39,903 nucleotides of DNA from Piromyces finnis finn (Eukaryota > Fungi > Neocallimastigomycota), in assembly GCA_002104945.1 (NCBI GenBank), contig MCFH01000115.1, positions 1 through 39,903 on the forward strand, given 5' to 3'. The position numbers were made by a program, and so were the translations under genes. The notes below the pieces were generated by a model. It was not told the DNA's origin and did no database searches. It was given only the letters and a program-made list of their open reading frames with translations. Positions 1-12,829 of the stretch are shown piece by piece. Each line of letters begins with the position of its first letter. Position 1 is the first letter of the stretch.

Positions 1-957
1 ATTCTCGATACAGTTCCTTTTTCAATAAATCTATAATATTACATAATATTATATTATAACATATATATAATGTATAATGTATGTTAAATATATTTTTATT
101 AAATAAATTAAATTAATATTCTTTATTATATTCAGTATAATATTCATTATAATATTTATGAAATACTACTTTAATATTTCATCTAAATTATTAACTACTT
201 CTTCTTGTATTCCTGATATTGTAATAGTATTATTATTTTCCCATATATTTATATCTTTACTAGGAGTATCTGGATGAAGTAAATCTCTTAATTGTTCTTG
301 ATAAATTTCAATAAACATTATCTTCACTACATATTCCATTTCATTTAATTCAGTCTTTTTATTCTAAAATATTTCAAAATAAATATTTATATTTAAAAAT
401 ATATTTGTTTATATTTAAAAATTAATAGCAGATAAAATTTAATACCTCAATTCCATTATATACTCCTTGGATTACACGAGGGATAATACCAACACTTTCT
501 TTTGAATTTAATGAAGAAGTTTCACTACCCATTGTATATGTTTTTCCTGTACCAGTTTGCCCATATGCAAATACTGTAATATTTATACCATCTAAGAAAT
601 TGTTAATTAAAGATGGACATAGTTTATTATAGATAGTTTCTTGAGTAGTAGAGGGTCCAAATATATAATCAAACGAAAATGTTCTTTTTGAACTACCTGA
701 GTTATGTTCTTTGTTAATAACGATTTGATTTGATTCAGTTATATATTGAAGACAAGCTTTTTTATTTTCATCTAATGGTTTTATCTAAAATATCAATAAT
801 GTATTATATCAACCAACATAATTTTTGATAGCATAATTAAATTTATTTTAATACTATTGTAAATTTTTAAAATATTTTATTATTTAAAAAAACATACACG
901 AATTGCTACTTGCATATAGCTTTCATTTCCTTCTTTTTCTTCTATAGTTTCAGTCAT
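1..957 (-). CDS. Kinesin motor protein, kinesin-4-like (KIF4/KIF21/KIF27 type); 5' part, truncated at the window edge
   Basis: Manual splicing from the ATG at 957 gives MTETIEEKEGNESYMQVAIR|IKPLD...RTFSFDYIFGP...FLDGINITVFAYGQTGTGKTYTMGSE...VGIIPRVI...FIEIYQEQLRDLL. It contains the kinesin P-loop (GQTGTGKT) and the EIYxExxRDLL-type motif. GT-AG intron at 897-785. The subfamily call is tentative. Confidence 0.9.
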
Positions 958-1033
958 TGTAATAATAATGTTATCATATAATAAAGTTCTATTAAACGAA
1001 AACTAAAATCAATGTATTTAATGTATTTAAAAA

Positions 1034-1065
<32 letters not shown>

Positions 1066-1518
1066 CTAAAAAAAAATTTATATATATATTTTATATTAAA
1101 AATTATTAGCTGCGCGTTAAAAGTATAATTATATAATTTCGATATAATTTAATAATAATGTTAATTAGCTATATTTTATGAAATATATATTTAAAACATA
1201 ATTTTAACTCCTAAATAATTATTATACTTTTTTTTATATAACAAAATTTTAATTTTTTAATTAATTAAAAAAAATAAGATAAAACTAAACAAAATAACAG
1301 TAATATTTTATTTTATATTTATTATATATATAATTAAAATTTCAACACTAATTAATAATAAATAAAATATTCAAAGTATTACAAAAAATATTAAATAATC
1401 TTTCAAAATAAACTAATCAAATATTATAATTGTTTAAATTTATATATTTAAAATTTATTTTATTTTTAATACTTTATGTATTCCTCTTAAAAACATTATT
1501 AATATATAAAATAATAGA

Positions 1519-1689
<171 letters not shown>

Positions 1690-1794
1690 CAAAATTGATT
1701 TTATTTATTATTTAAAAAAAAGCTTATTTTAATTATTACATATCTTTTTAACATAAATGATAAAAAAATTTGCAATAATTTTTCTAAATAATTT

Positions 1795-2829
1795 TTATTC
1801 TAATTTAATTCTTGCATTTTTCTTTTTATCTTTTCTGCTAGTTTTTCTCTTCTTAAACTGAATTGGTTTATCATCATTAGAAGTTTCATCATCAATAATT
1901 AATTTCTTTTCCTCTATTTTAAAGTTTTTTAAATTATCAATATCTTTTTCTTCTTCATACACTACTTGTATACTTGAATTATAAGATGATTCCTTAGCAT
2001 GAAATACATTACCATCTTCCTCTTTATTATTTTCATCTTTAAATAACAATGCAGGGGGATCTTCAACACTCTCTTCTGGTTCTACAACTTCCCATTGACC
2101 TATTCCTGTATTTTTATCAATAATTGGTTTATGGTCTTCTTTTTTCTTTTTTTCTTCTGTATCTTTTTTATTTACATATTCTTCTGTATCTTTTGTTTCT
2201 GGGTTATAATACGAAAAATTCACTTTCAAATCTTTTGTTGATAACTTGCTATCATTAATACAATCTTGTGAGTATTGTTTATAAGCTGCCTAAAAATTTA
2301 AATAAAAATATTAAGAATTATAAATATATTCAAATATATATATAAGATAATAACGATATAAAATAATATATGGAAGAAGAAAATTTTATTCATTTCAATT
2401 ATTCTTCTTCTCTATATTCCAAAATTACTTTTTCAACTTGTTGCAACATTCTTCTTGTTGCTTCTGCTTCCTTATCTTCTTCTTGTTTTCTTTTTTGAAC
2501 ATCTCTAATATACATCTGAACTATTTCTTTATGTTTTCTTCCATTATCATGATTTTGCCTACTCTATATAATATTAATTACATGTTTCTTTAATTAAATG
2601 AAATTAAATATAATATATATATAATATGATTATTATATTATATATATATAAAGTATATAAAGTATAAATTACTTTGTTATTGATACTATACAATTTTATT
2701 ATCTGTAATGTATATTTTACAATATTTACAATAATATTTTTTATTTGATACCCAATATTCTGACCTAATTGAATTTATAATATTTAAAAAAAAAAAGAAA
2801 AAAAAAAGGTAATAAGATTAATAATACAT
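1795..2829 (-). CDS. WBP4: WBP4/FBP21-like U1-type (matrin) C2H2 zinc-finger protein
   Basis: Spliced model (M)SEYWVSNKKYYCKYCKIYITDNKI|SRQNHDNGRKHKEIVQ...ATRRMLQQVEK|AAYKQY... joins ORF 1795..2229. It matches the WBP4 N-terminal pattern (YW...C-x2-C...DN...H-x5-H). The start codon is inferred as AT(2829-2828)|G(2764). Confidence 0.75.
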
Positions 2830-3693
2830 TAAGATTTTAAGTATCTTTCAAAAAAAAAAATAATAATAATAATAAATTTAAAGCTTAATAAATATAGAAT
2901 TAATTTAGTTTATCATAATTTTAATTCATATTATTAAATATATAGTAAAGAAAACTTGAAATGTGTTAAAATTTTAAATCTCGAAATTATCAATTTTTAT
3001 TTATATTTTTGATATATCTTAAAATGTAAAACGTAATAGAAAATATATAAAAATTACATTTTTTTTATTTTTTCTTTCTTTCTTTCCTTCTTTCTTGCTA
3101 TTTTTACAATAAAATAATTATATTGTTATTTATAAAAATTAATTAAATACTAAGTTTATTAAAAAAAAAAAAAAAAAAAAAAAAAGTATTCTATTTTCCT
3201 TTTTTCAATTATAATTATATTACAATTCTAAAATGGTTACTAAATAATAAAACTGAAAGTTTTTTTATAAAATTGAAAATTTAATAATTTGGTGTCAAAG
3301 TTATGTATAATCATAATAAAAGTATGATACACGTGCAAATTCATTAAATAGAAAAAAAAAAAACTATTTTATTTATAATTTATAATTAAACTATTAAACT
3401 TTTTTATTTTTAAATTTTTTCATAAAAAAAGATATTTATATATATAATTAAAATAGTTCTATTATTATTATATTAACTAACTGAATAATACCTAATATTT
3501 TTATAAAAAAATATATATTAATATTCAAATATTAGAATTTGGAATGTCATTTTCATATTATAAATAACAAAAGTGTAATTATTATCAATATATTGTAATA
3601 AATTATTTATTATCATAATCATATTATAATAACATTTTTTTAAATGTATATATTATTGTTATAAAATGTGAAATAAAAATATATTTATCCTGG

Positions 3694-3727
<34 letters not shown>

Positions 3728-3835
3728 ATAAAATATTAATATTAATAAAAAAATAGTTTCATTCTCTAAAAAGTATATTTTTTAATATATAAATCATAGA
3801 CCTCTAATAATAAACTATAATTTAAAATATAAAAA

Positions 3836-4712
3836 ATGGGAAAAGTTAACAGTAAAATAAGTAGTGAAGATTGTGCAAAATTTTTAAAAAAAACAAGCTG
3901 TATTATTTTTATTATAATTTTTATAATTATATTAATATAAAGCGAATTATAATATTTTATTATTCTTTTTATACCTAAAATATGAAATCTAAATTGGATT
4001 TCCAGTTACAAAAAAGGAAATATATCAATGGTATTAATAATAAATTATTATTTTTGTTAAATTAAAAATTTTTATAAAAAAAAATGCTATGTATTATATA
4101 ATAAATACATATATATAAATATATACAAAGGTATAAATGTTTTTACAAATCATGTCCTGAAGGATTCATAAGCAAAGATCAATTATTAAGTATGTATTAT
4201 GGAGCATTTCCTGATGGAGACCCAAAAAATTTTGTAGATATAGCATACAGAGCAATTGATTTAAACAATGACGGGTCAATAACTTTTGATGATTTCATAA
4301 TTACTCTAGATGTTTGTAAGAAAAATTCTACTGAAAAAATTGATTGTAATTACTTATATTTTTTCTTTTTCAAAATTTGATTTTTTTTTTTTTTTTTTTT
4401 CTTCTATCAAATTCATCTTAATCTAATACTTATATATATAATGTATTAACATGATTTATGAAACTTAATGTTAAGGGATATTTCGGTTTTTTGATATGAA
4501 TAATGATGGGAAAATAAGTAAGGATGAATTAAAAAATTTTGTGGATGCTATATATAAAATGTTAGGACAAAAAGAAGTTGATAATTTACTTGACAATACT
4601 GTGGAAAAAAGAGTTAACAAGGTAAATAATTAATTATATGGAAAAATATATATAATAATAATAATAAGGAAATTTAAATAAAAAAAAACTATTTATTTAT
4701 TTATTTATTCAT

Positions 4713-4759
<47 letters not shown>

Positions 4760-5011
4760 TTATTTATATAACTTTTTTTTCCATATTTCAGATTTTTTCT
4801 ACAATAAACAAAGTAAGAGTTTTATTAATAAATGCCCTTACAAAAAATTATATATTTTATAGAATTTATTTATTTATTTGTTTTTATAATATTTCTTTTA
4901 ATTTATAACTTACAAAAGGACAAAGATATAATTACAAAAGAAGATTTTGGACAATTAATTAATAATAACCAAACAAAAGAATTATTAGCAATAATTAAAT
5001 TAATGATATAA
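3836..5011 (+). CDS. Neuronal calcium sensor / frequenin-like EF-hand protein with N-myristoylation motif
   Basis: Six exons: 3836-3899, 4006-4030, 4131-4345, 4476-4621, 4792-4812, 4919-5011. Translation: MGKVNSK..., WYKCFYKSCPEG (the NCS CPxG motif), DLNNDGSITFDDF, DMNNDGKISKDE, ending ...KLMI*. Confidence 0.85.
4690..4767. repeat. (TTTA)n microsatellite inside an NCS intron
   Basis: Visible tetranucleotide repeat with one TTCA variant. Confidence 0.9.
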
Positions 5012-6694
5012 ATTGTTATAATATGAATATTAGAAACTTTAAAAAAAAAAATAAGATAGATTAAACTAATATGTATATAAATTATAGTTTACTTAATATA
5101 ATTACTACTATCTAAAATTAAGTTGAAGTACACTTACTGCTTTTATTTTTATTGTACTAATTTATCTAAAGAATAATTTAAATATTAAATATTAAATATT
5201 AATAATAAAATGAAAAACTAATAAAATTAAAAATATTATTTATTAATAATATTAATAAAAAAGAAAAGAATATAAACTTTCTCTTTTTATGTACTATGTA
5301 TATATTGAATAGTAGTAATTTTATTTATACTTTTAATTTTAAGGATTATTTTCACACTTTTATAAACATAATAATTCTTTCATCATTATGTATTTCTATT
5401 ATTTTAATTTTATTATATTTATAAAATATTTTATTTAAAAATAAAACTAATATATTTAATTACCATATTAAGCAATCTAAAACAAAACATAATTCTATAT
5501 TGAATTCATTTAAAATTTTTAAATTTTATACTGTTATATAGAAAATTCTACCCTTCAAATATTCACATGATTTTATATCATGTATTTCTGTTTTTGAATA
5601 AATTTATAAATTAATCCAATTATTGTATAAAAAAAAAAAAAGAAACAATAAAATATAAATAAATAAAAATAAATAAAATCTTATTAATTATTTATATTTT
5701 CTTTTACAATATTGGCAATAACATATTATACAAAAATATAATTAATGGTAATGGTAATCTATAATAAAAGTATAAATAAGAAGACATATACTTTGATTAA
5801 TAATGATTCTATATAATTTTTAAGCTAAAAAGAAAATAACTTATATAAAAAATAATAAAACAAATTATTATTAAAAGAAATGGGATTTGTCACGTTTATA
5901 CATGTGAGTATAACCATCAATAAAAGAGTCTAAAATTTTCTTTTATATATATTTGATTGGGTAATATTATTTGACCATTTATAAAATAATATTTAAATTA
6001 AAAATAATGTAAAACATGAATAAATAAAATGATATATTATTGATTTTATGTATTAGTAATTTTTACATCAAAAAAAAAAAGAAAAAAGATAAAAGAATTT
6101 TGTTTATTTTTTAAAATTATTAATTAAAAAGATTTTATTTGAAAATATTTATATTTAATAAATTAGACATATATATTAAAATACAATGTAAAAAAATATT
6201 AATTCACTTTTTTTAATTTATTTTCTAATTGTATAATAACTACTGTAATATATAAATACAATTGATTAATATACTGTAAATATATTTTCATAAAGAATAA
6301 ATTAAATTATAAATAAAAATATCAAATAAAATAACATTTATATACAACATATATTATAGTTTATTATTTAAAATAAAAAAAAAAAAAATTATTTCTTTGC
6401 TCTCTTTTTTTATTATTTTGTATTTTATAATTATAATAAAATATATAATAAAAAAACATATCTTATATTTTTTTTTATAATACTAGAAAGTATAGGAAAT
6501 ATATTTGTATATTAAATTAAGTAATTATCTTTAAGATAAAAAATATTTATATTTATACAATCAATAAAAATTAATAAATATAAATATATAACTTACTCTT
6601 CTTTCAATAATATAAATAATAATATAAATTTGCTATTTCCCAAAAAATTAACAATCAATTCCATTTTTAAAGTTTAATTTTATCATAATATAAA

Positions 6695-8275
6695 ATGGTC
6701 AAGGATACTAAACTTTATGATACTTTAGGTGTTTCACCAGATGCTACTGAAAATGAACTTAAAAAAGCTTACAGAAAATTAGCTTTAAAGTATCACCCAG
6801 ATAAGGTTAATAATTTATTAAAAATATTTGATTTTAAAATTTGAATTAGAAATATATAATAATCAAAATAATTATAATGAAAACGATAATATTAGTAATA
6901 GCAAAAAATAAAAATAAATTAAGAAATAAAATTTTGTTATATTATTAAATATATATGTAATAATAAAAAAATAGAATCCAAATGCTGGAGATAAATTTAA
7001 AGATATTTCACATGCTTATGAAATTCTTTCTGATAGTGAAAAGCGTGCTACTTATGACAGATGTAAGTTGTTAAAGTAGTATAAAATATTTTTATAATTC
7101 TTATTAATAAATTAGGAACATATATTGTATTTGTCAAATTATAGTTGGTGAAGAAGGTCTTAGTGGTGATGCTATGGGTGGTGGCATGGGACCAGATGAT
7201 CTTTTCAGTCAATTCTTCGGAGATGCTTTTGGTTTTGGTCGTTCAAGACATAATGGCCCACAAAAGGGAAAAGATATGGTTCACACTATCAAGGTTTCTT
7301 TAGAAGAATTGTATAATGGTACTACTAAGAAATTATCTCTCCAAAAGAATGTTGTTTGTAGTAGCTGTGATGGTAGAGGTGGTAAGGAAGGTACTGTCAA
7401 AAAGTGTACTTCTTGTGATGGTACTGGTATTAAACTTGTTGTTCGTAGAATTGGTCCAATGATTCAACAAATGCAACAAACTTGTCCAGAATGTAATGGT
7501 GAAGGTTCTATCTTCAAAGAAAAGGATCGTTGTAAGGTTTGTAAAGGAAAAAAGATTGTCAAGGAAAAGAAGGTTAGTAATTTCATGTAGTAATAATTTA
7601 AATAATATATAATTTATTAAATATTTGGTTAATATTTTATTGTTATGTTAATTTTATAAATTTTTTAATATATCTTTTTATCAATTTAAAAAATTTATAA
7701 AGATTTTGGAAGTTCATGTTGAAAAAGGTATGGTTGACCAACAAAAAATTACTTTCTCTGGTGAAGCTGATCAACAACCAGGTATTAGAGCAGGTGATGT
7801 TCATATTATTTTAGAAGAAAGAGAACATCCAAGATTTAAAAGAAAAGGTAATGATTTATATTATGATGCCAAGATTGACCTTTTAACTGCTTTAACTGGT
7901 GGTGAATTCTCAATTAAGCATCTTGATGATAGATACTTAAAGGTTACTATTATTCCAGGTGAAATTATTAAAAACGGTCAATCAAAATGTATTGTTGAAG
8001 AAGGTATGCCAACTCATCATAGACCATTCGATAAGGGTAACCTTATCATTAACTTTGAAGTTGAATTCCCAGAAACTAGTTGGTACACTCCAGAAAAGGC
8101 TTCTTTATTAGAACAAGCTTTACCTCCACGTAAGGAAGATAAAATTCCAAAGGATGCTATAGTTGATGATGTCACTTTAAGTGAAATTGATAATACTAGA
8201 AGAGAAGGATATTATTCAAGCAGAGATGATATGGAAGAAGAACAAGGAAGTGGTGTACAATGTGCTACTCAATAA
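6695..8275 (+). CDS. YDJ1: Type I DnaJ/Hsp40 co-chaperone (Ydj1/Mas5 orthologue)
   Basis: [13 protein letters not shown]...KYHPDK (HPD motif), G/F-rich linker, four zinc-finger repeats ([32 protein letters not shown]), and C-terminal CaaX CATQ. Four exons. Confidence 0.95.
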
Positions 8276-8889
8276 GCAATATAACATTATGTAATAAAGG
8301 GATTATGCTTTTTATTTAACTACAATGACGAAAAAAATAAAATTTATTTAGCATTAATAAATTCGTATAAAAAAATAGATAAATTACTGATTTTTATGAT
8401 TTTTGCTATATCAATATTAATAGAATAAAAGAAAAGTAAATATAAAAAATAAAACAGTAAAATTTTATTATTTCCTTTATTATCTTTAAAATTGAAAGAT
8501 AATAAAAATTAATCATCATATTAATAACATTAAATTAATTTAATATAATATTTAAAAATAAAAAAATAAAAAATAAAAAAAAAGTAAAAAAAAATATCTC
8601 GTCTATATAAAGAAATAAAAAAATAATAATAATAAAATATATAATTGAAAAGAAATTTTTTTTTTATGTTATGTTAGGCTAAAGTTGGTGTCTCCAAAAA
8701 AAAAAAAAAAAAAATTAAAGTAAGAAATAAAAATATAGTATATTTTTTAAAGTTTTTAATAGATTTTATTGATAATTTGGTAATTACAAAAAGTTTAAAG
8801 GATTTATATAAATAAATTAAAGATTTTCTCACAATTAATAAATTATATATATTATAAAATTATTGTAAATCCTGTTTTTAATAATGTAA

Positions 8890-11800
8890 TTACTTTAAAT
8901 TTTGAATATATTGAATAATATTATCAATGTAATAGCTGTTTCTATGTTTACTGCGAACGCTATTAAGATATTCAATGATCATAGTCTTTAATGGAATATT
9001 TGACATTGGGATTAATGAAGTATGACTTGCTAATGCAAGACCTTTAAAAGTTTCGCATACAGCATTCTATTAAAATTTATATATATATTTGTTAATAAAA
9101 TGAAAAATAAATATATATATATATATGTCATATGAAATGTAAAAATAAATAATATCCATAGTTTACCTGAATAATATTATTAGAATCATCTAAATGAATG
9201 GATAATCCCTTAATCATAGTTTGATAATGAATATCATCTAATGATTTTTCAATATAAGATTCACCGGAATTCATTTTATTATTTTGAATATAATCTTGCC
9301 ATTGGGCAATACAATTAAAAAGATATGGAAAAGTTTTTGCAGTTTGATTTCTAATAACATCACTAGCATCATCCATTCTTTTTAATAATTCTGGATAAAT
9401 TTTTTTAAATAGTTCAGCTAAAACATAAAATAATAATAATAAGAGTATATATTGAATTATTAAAGATATATAAATAAATAATTCAAAATCTTATATATAA
9501 TAATTTTTACCATTATAAGCCCCGCAATATTCTTTATTGAATAATTTAACAAAGATTTTTAAGACATTTTCACGTGTATTGATATCATCATCTTCTAAAC
9601 AACTAATTAAAACAGGTAATAATTCTTTTTCCATAACATCTTCAATACACTGAATATTGATAATACGTTCTGTATTTTCATATAATCCATCTTGCAAATT
9701 AAGATAAGCTAAGAAGCATTCCATATCTCTAGCACGAATAACAGTTGCTTTTTTGCCAGCTCTCCAAATGCCATTAGCAATAAATATATCAGTAATGATT
9801 CTCTTAGAATACATTGGTAATTGATGTGTTGAATTCAAAGTTAATGGTTTGGTCTTTAATAACTTATGTAATAATGAGAACATTCTAAAATACAACAATT
9901 GAAATGATTTATTGAATATGTTCAATTTGTTGAGTTTATTTTTTAATTATTAATATTGATATAAATATATTGTATATGTGAATTATTTTTATTATTATTA
10001 ACATTGTAATATTGTAATATTTCAAAAAATTATATAAATTAATAAAAAAATATTTCATTAAATATTTTTTTTTTTGTATTTGATATAAATTAATTTAAAT
10101 AAATATTATTACCTAATTCTTGTTTCGAAATCTCTTTCAATATTAAATAACAAAACAAAATTTGAAATAATAATATCTAATCTTTGACCAATTAATTCAT
10201 CTGAATTTTCAAGTAAAATATAATAGACCTTTGGCTCAATAGAATAAGAATTCCATACATCAATAGTTTTAGTTAATTCATTCATTAAGGTATCAAAATA
10301 ATAATTATATAATTGAGGTATGGATTCAAAATCATGTTTTTCAGTTAATAATTTTAAAGAATTATCAATCTAAATATAATAACAAAATAATGTTTTATCA
10401 GAAAAAAAATAAATTCATACATTATTAGTATATAATTATTAATTTTATAATTATATATTATTATAATTCTTTTGTTAAATTTTATACTTAATTAATTACA
10501 TTATGCTGCATTTCCTTAACTCCAGGAACATTAACATTATTCTCTGTAGACTTTAATTGAACAAGAATATAAAAGTACTTAAATCCAATACTATCTTCTA
10601 ATGAATTAAAAGCTTCATTGATACTGGCTGGTATTAACTTATTTATAATTTCTTGTAAAACAACAGAAACTTCTAATAAAAGATAAGCATTTTCATTATG
10701 AATTAATTCATTTTCATTTATTACAACAGATATATACTTAATGGTAGAAGATAGTTTTTCTGGATCACTACCACGAATAAGTGATCCCAAAACTTTAAGA
10801 CAACCAATACGACTTTGAACAGCTCCACCAGCACTTCTTTTAATTTGTGGTGTAATAACGTCAAGCCAGACTGATGGTTCAACATAACGGCCTAATAACT
10901 CGGATGATTTTCCAATCTATAAGAAAATAAAATCAATAATTAAAATAATTATTGTTTATATATCTTAAAATTTATCAAAATGAAAAACTTACAGATTGAA
11001 GTAAAGAAATTTCATCAGTAGTACAAACTTTACAAAATATTGGAATTATAGCATTAGTGTAACCAGTAATATGTTCTTCAACAAAATCAAATAAAGTAAC
11101 TAAAATTTGACTACTTTTATTCCTTCTTTCTGTAGTCCAATCTTGAATATCTTCTAATAACTTATCTAAAATTTTCATAATATTATCTCTAACAATATGT
11201 CTAGAACCAATTCTTGGACGGTCTAAATTTTTTGAATAATAAAATTTATATAAAAATATATATAGAAGCATTTGATATTGATATTAGCCTAAATCGCAAT
11301 TATCATTCTTAGTAATAAAAATAATAGTAGTAGTATTTTTAAATAAATAAATAAAAATATAATCATAATATATCAATAATAGCATACCAGAGTTATTATT
11401 ATTTGGTGTATAATCTAATTGATCCTTTAATCTACTTTCCCAATCATATTCATATAAAGCACCAATTTCATTCATATACGATTTACATTGTTCTTGGTAT
11501 TTTGGAACTTCGTCAACAAAACCTGCAAAAAGAAGTGGCAATAATTTATCACCATAACTATAACGGTCGCGTAATTTTAATAGCCATTCACTAACAGTTT
11601 TATACAAAACCTCGCGAACAGAGCCTGTTTTATCAAGAGTTAAATTACGAAGGGTATTAATAATATCATTTAATCCTGAAGCATCAGCAATAACTGCATA
11701 TTTTAATGCCTTTTATTAAAATATATTAATATAATTATTAATAATAGCTTTACTATATTGGAAATATATAATTAGCATTCTATATATTATCAACTAATAA

Positions 11801-12829
11801 TGAATATTATATAATTACTTGTAAAGCTATTATTCTAACACTGGAATGCTTATGTTGTAAAGTTGGAACTAATGACTTTGTTATTTTTTCACCAAAAAAT
11901 GAAACTTGATGTTCAGCATTTTCAACTAAACTAATTATTATTTTACATGAGACTTTTTTAACTTCTGGATATGAGTCTTGAAGAGTTCTATCTAGAATTC
12001 GAACAATATCTTCAACAAATGGTGTTATTTCACGTTTTGAGATATCTGATATTTTTAAAATTAATTCTACTGTTGCTAAACGAATTTCTTCTGATGGTTC
12101 AATGATTTCTGGTTGTGAATAGCGATTTACAAAAACTGGCATTATATAAGATATGAAAGGAATAGGATCAATCGTTTCAAAAAATCTTTAAATATAAAAT
12201 ATTTTATAAAAAAAATAAAAATAAAAAATAAATTTATTTTAATATATCTTATTTGTATTGACATTTATTAACTTGAATTAATTCTTTATATTTTTGAATT
12301 ATAATTAAAATTAATTAATATTAAAATGCATTAAATTATTATTTATGAATATCATCTCTATTATATATGTTAATTAATATTACTCTGTTATAATTTGTGT
12401 TGAAAGTTCACGACATTTTTCAATTGAATCACCAAGACATCTTACTAAAGCATTAGATATATTAAAGAATAATTTTTGCAAAATCTCAATTGATAATCCT
12501 TTTTTATTTCCAATTGTTTCTTTTTTAATTTTTTCTAAAGATCTTCTTTTTGATAAACGATCTGAAGAAATCTCACTAATAATATTAATATCACGTTGTA
12601 TATTCTAAAATGTTATAGCATGTATGAATTAAAATAATTAAAAAATATACATTTATTCAATTTTTTTTTATTTTACATATAAATATCATTAGCATTTATG
12701 ATGATAATAATGATGATAATAATAATTACACTATACCATTAATACTTCATTGAATTTCTCTTCCTGTTCTTGAGTTAACTCTTTCATTTCATGATTATTT
12801 ATTTCATCAGGTAAAAATTCAGTCATCAT
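8890..12829 (-). CDS. DNAAF5: HEAT-repeat dynein axonemal assembly factor 5 (DNAAF5/HEATR2)
   Basis: Multi-exon model joining ORFs 11807-12142, 11284-11607, 10975-11271, 10488-10790, 9491-9925 and 9128-9376. Motifs: RCLGDSIEKCRELS, EIIEPSEEIRL, DRYSYGDKLLPLL, LLEDIQDWT, IWRAGKKATVIRA, and C-terminal VRSKHRNSYY. These fit my recollection of HEATR2 family sequences. Confidence 0.85.

Noticed and set aside
3330-3335. CACGTG E-box between the WBP4-like and NCS genes, and GTCACGT at about 5889
   Set aside because: Single short matches with no supporting context or conservation data.
3695-3725. Long poly(A) runs (also near 3161-3185, 8696-8714, 12868-12893) as retroelement tails
   Set aside because: No target-site duplications or shared upstream body; homopolymers are ubiquitous in this DNA.
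5540-6500. Heat-shock-element-like sites upstream of DnaJ (AGAAAATTCT at 5540; gapped GAA..GAA near 6485)
   Set aside because: Only two units or a mismatched spacer; expected by chance at this AT content.
6695-12829. DnaJ next to DNAAF5 as a functional chaperone/dynein-assembly cluster
   Set aside because: Convergent orientation, generic Ydj1 orthologue, and no evidence of co-regulation.
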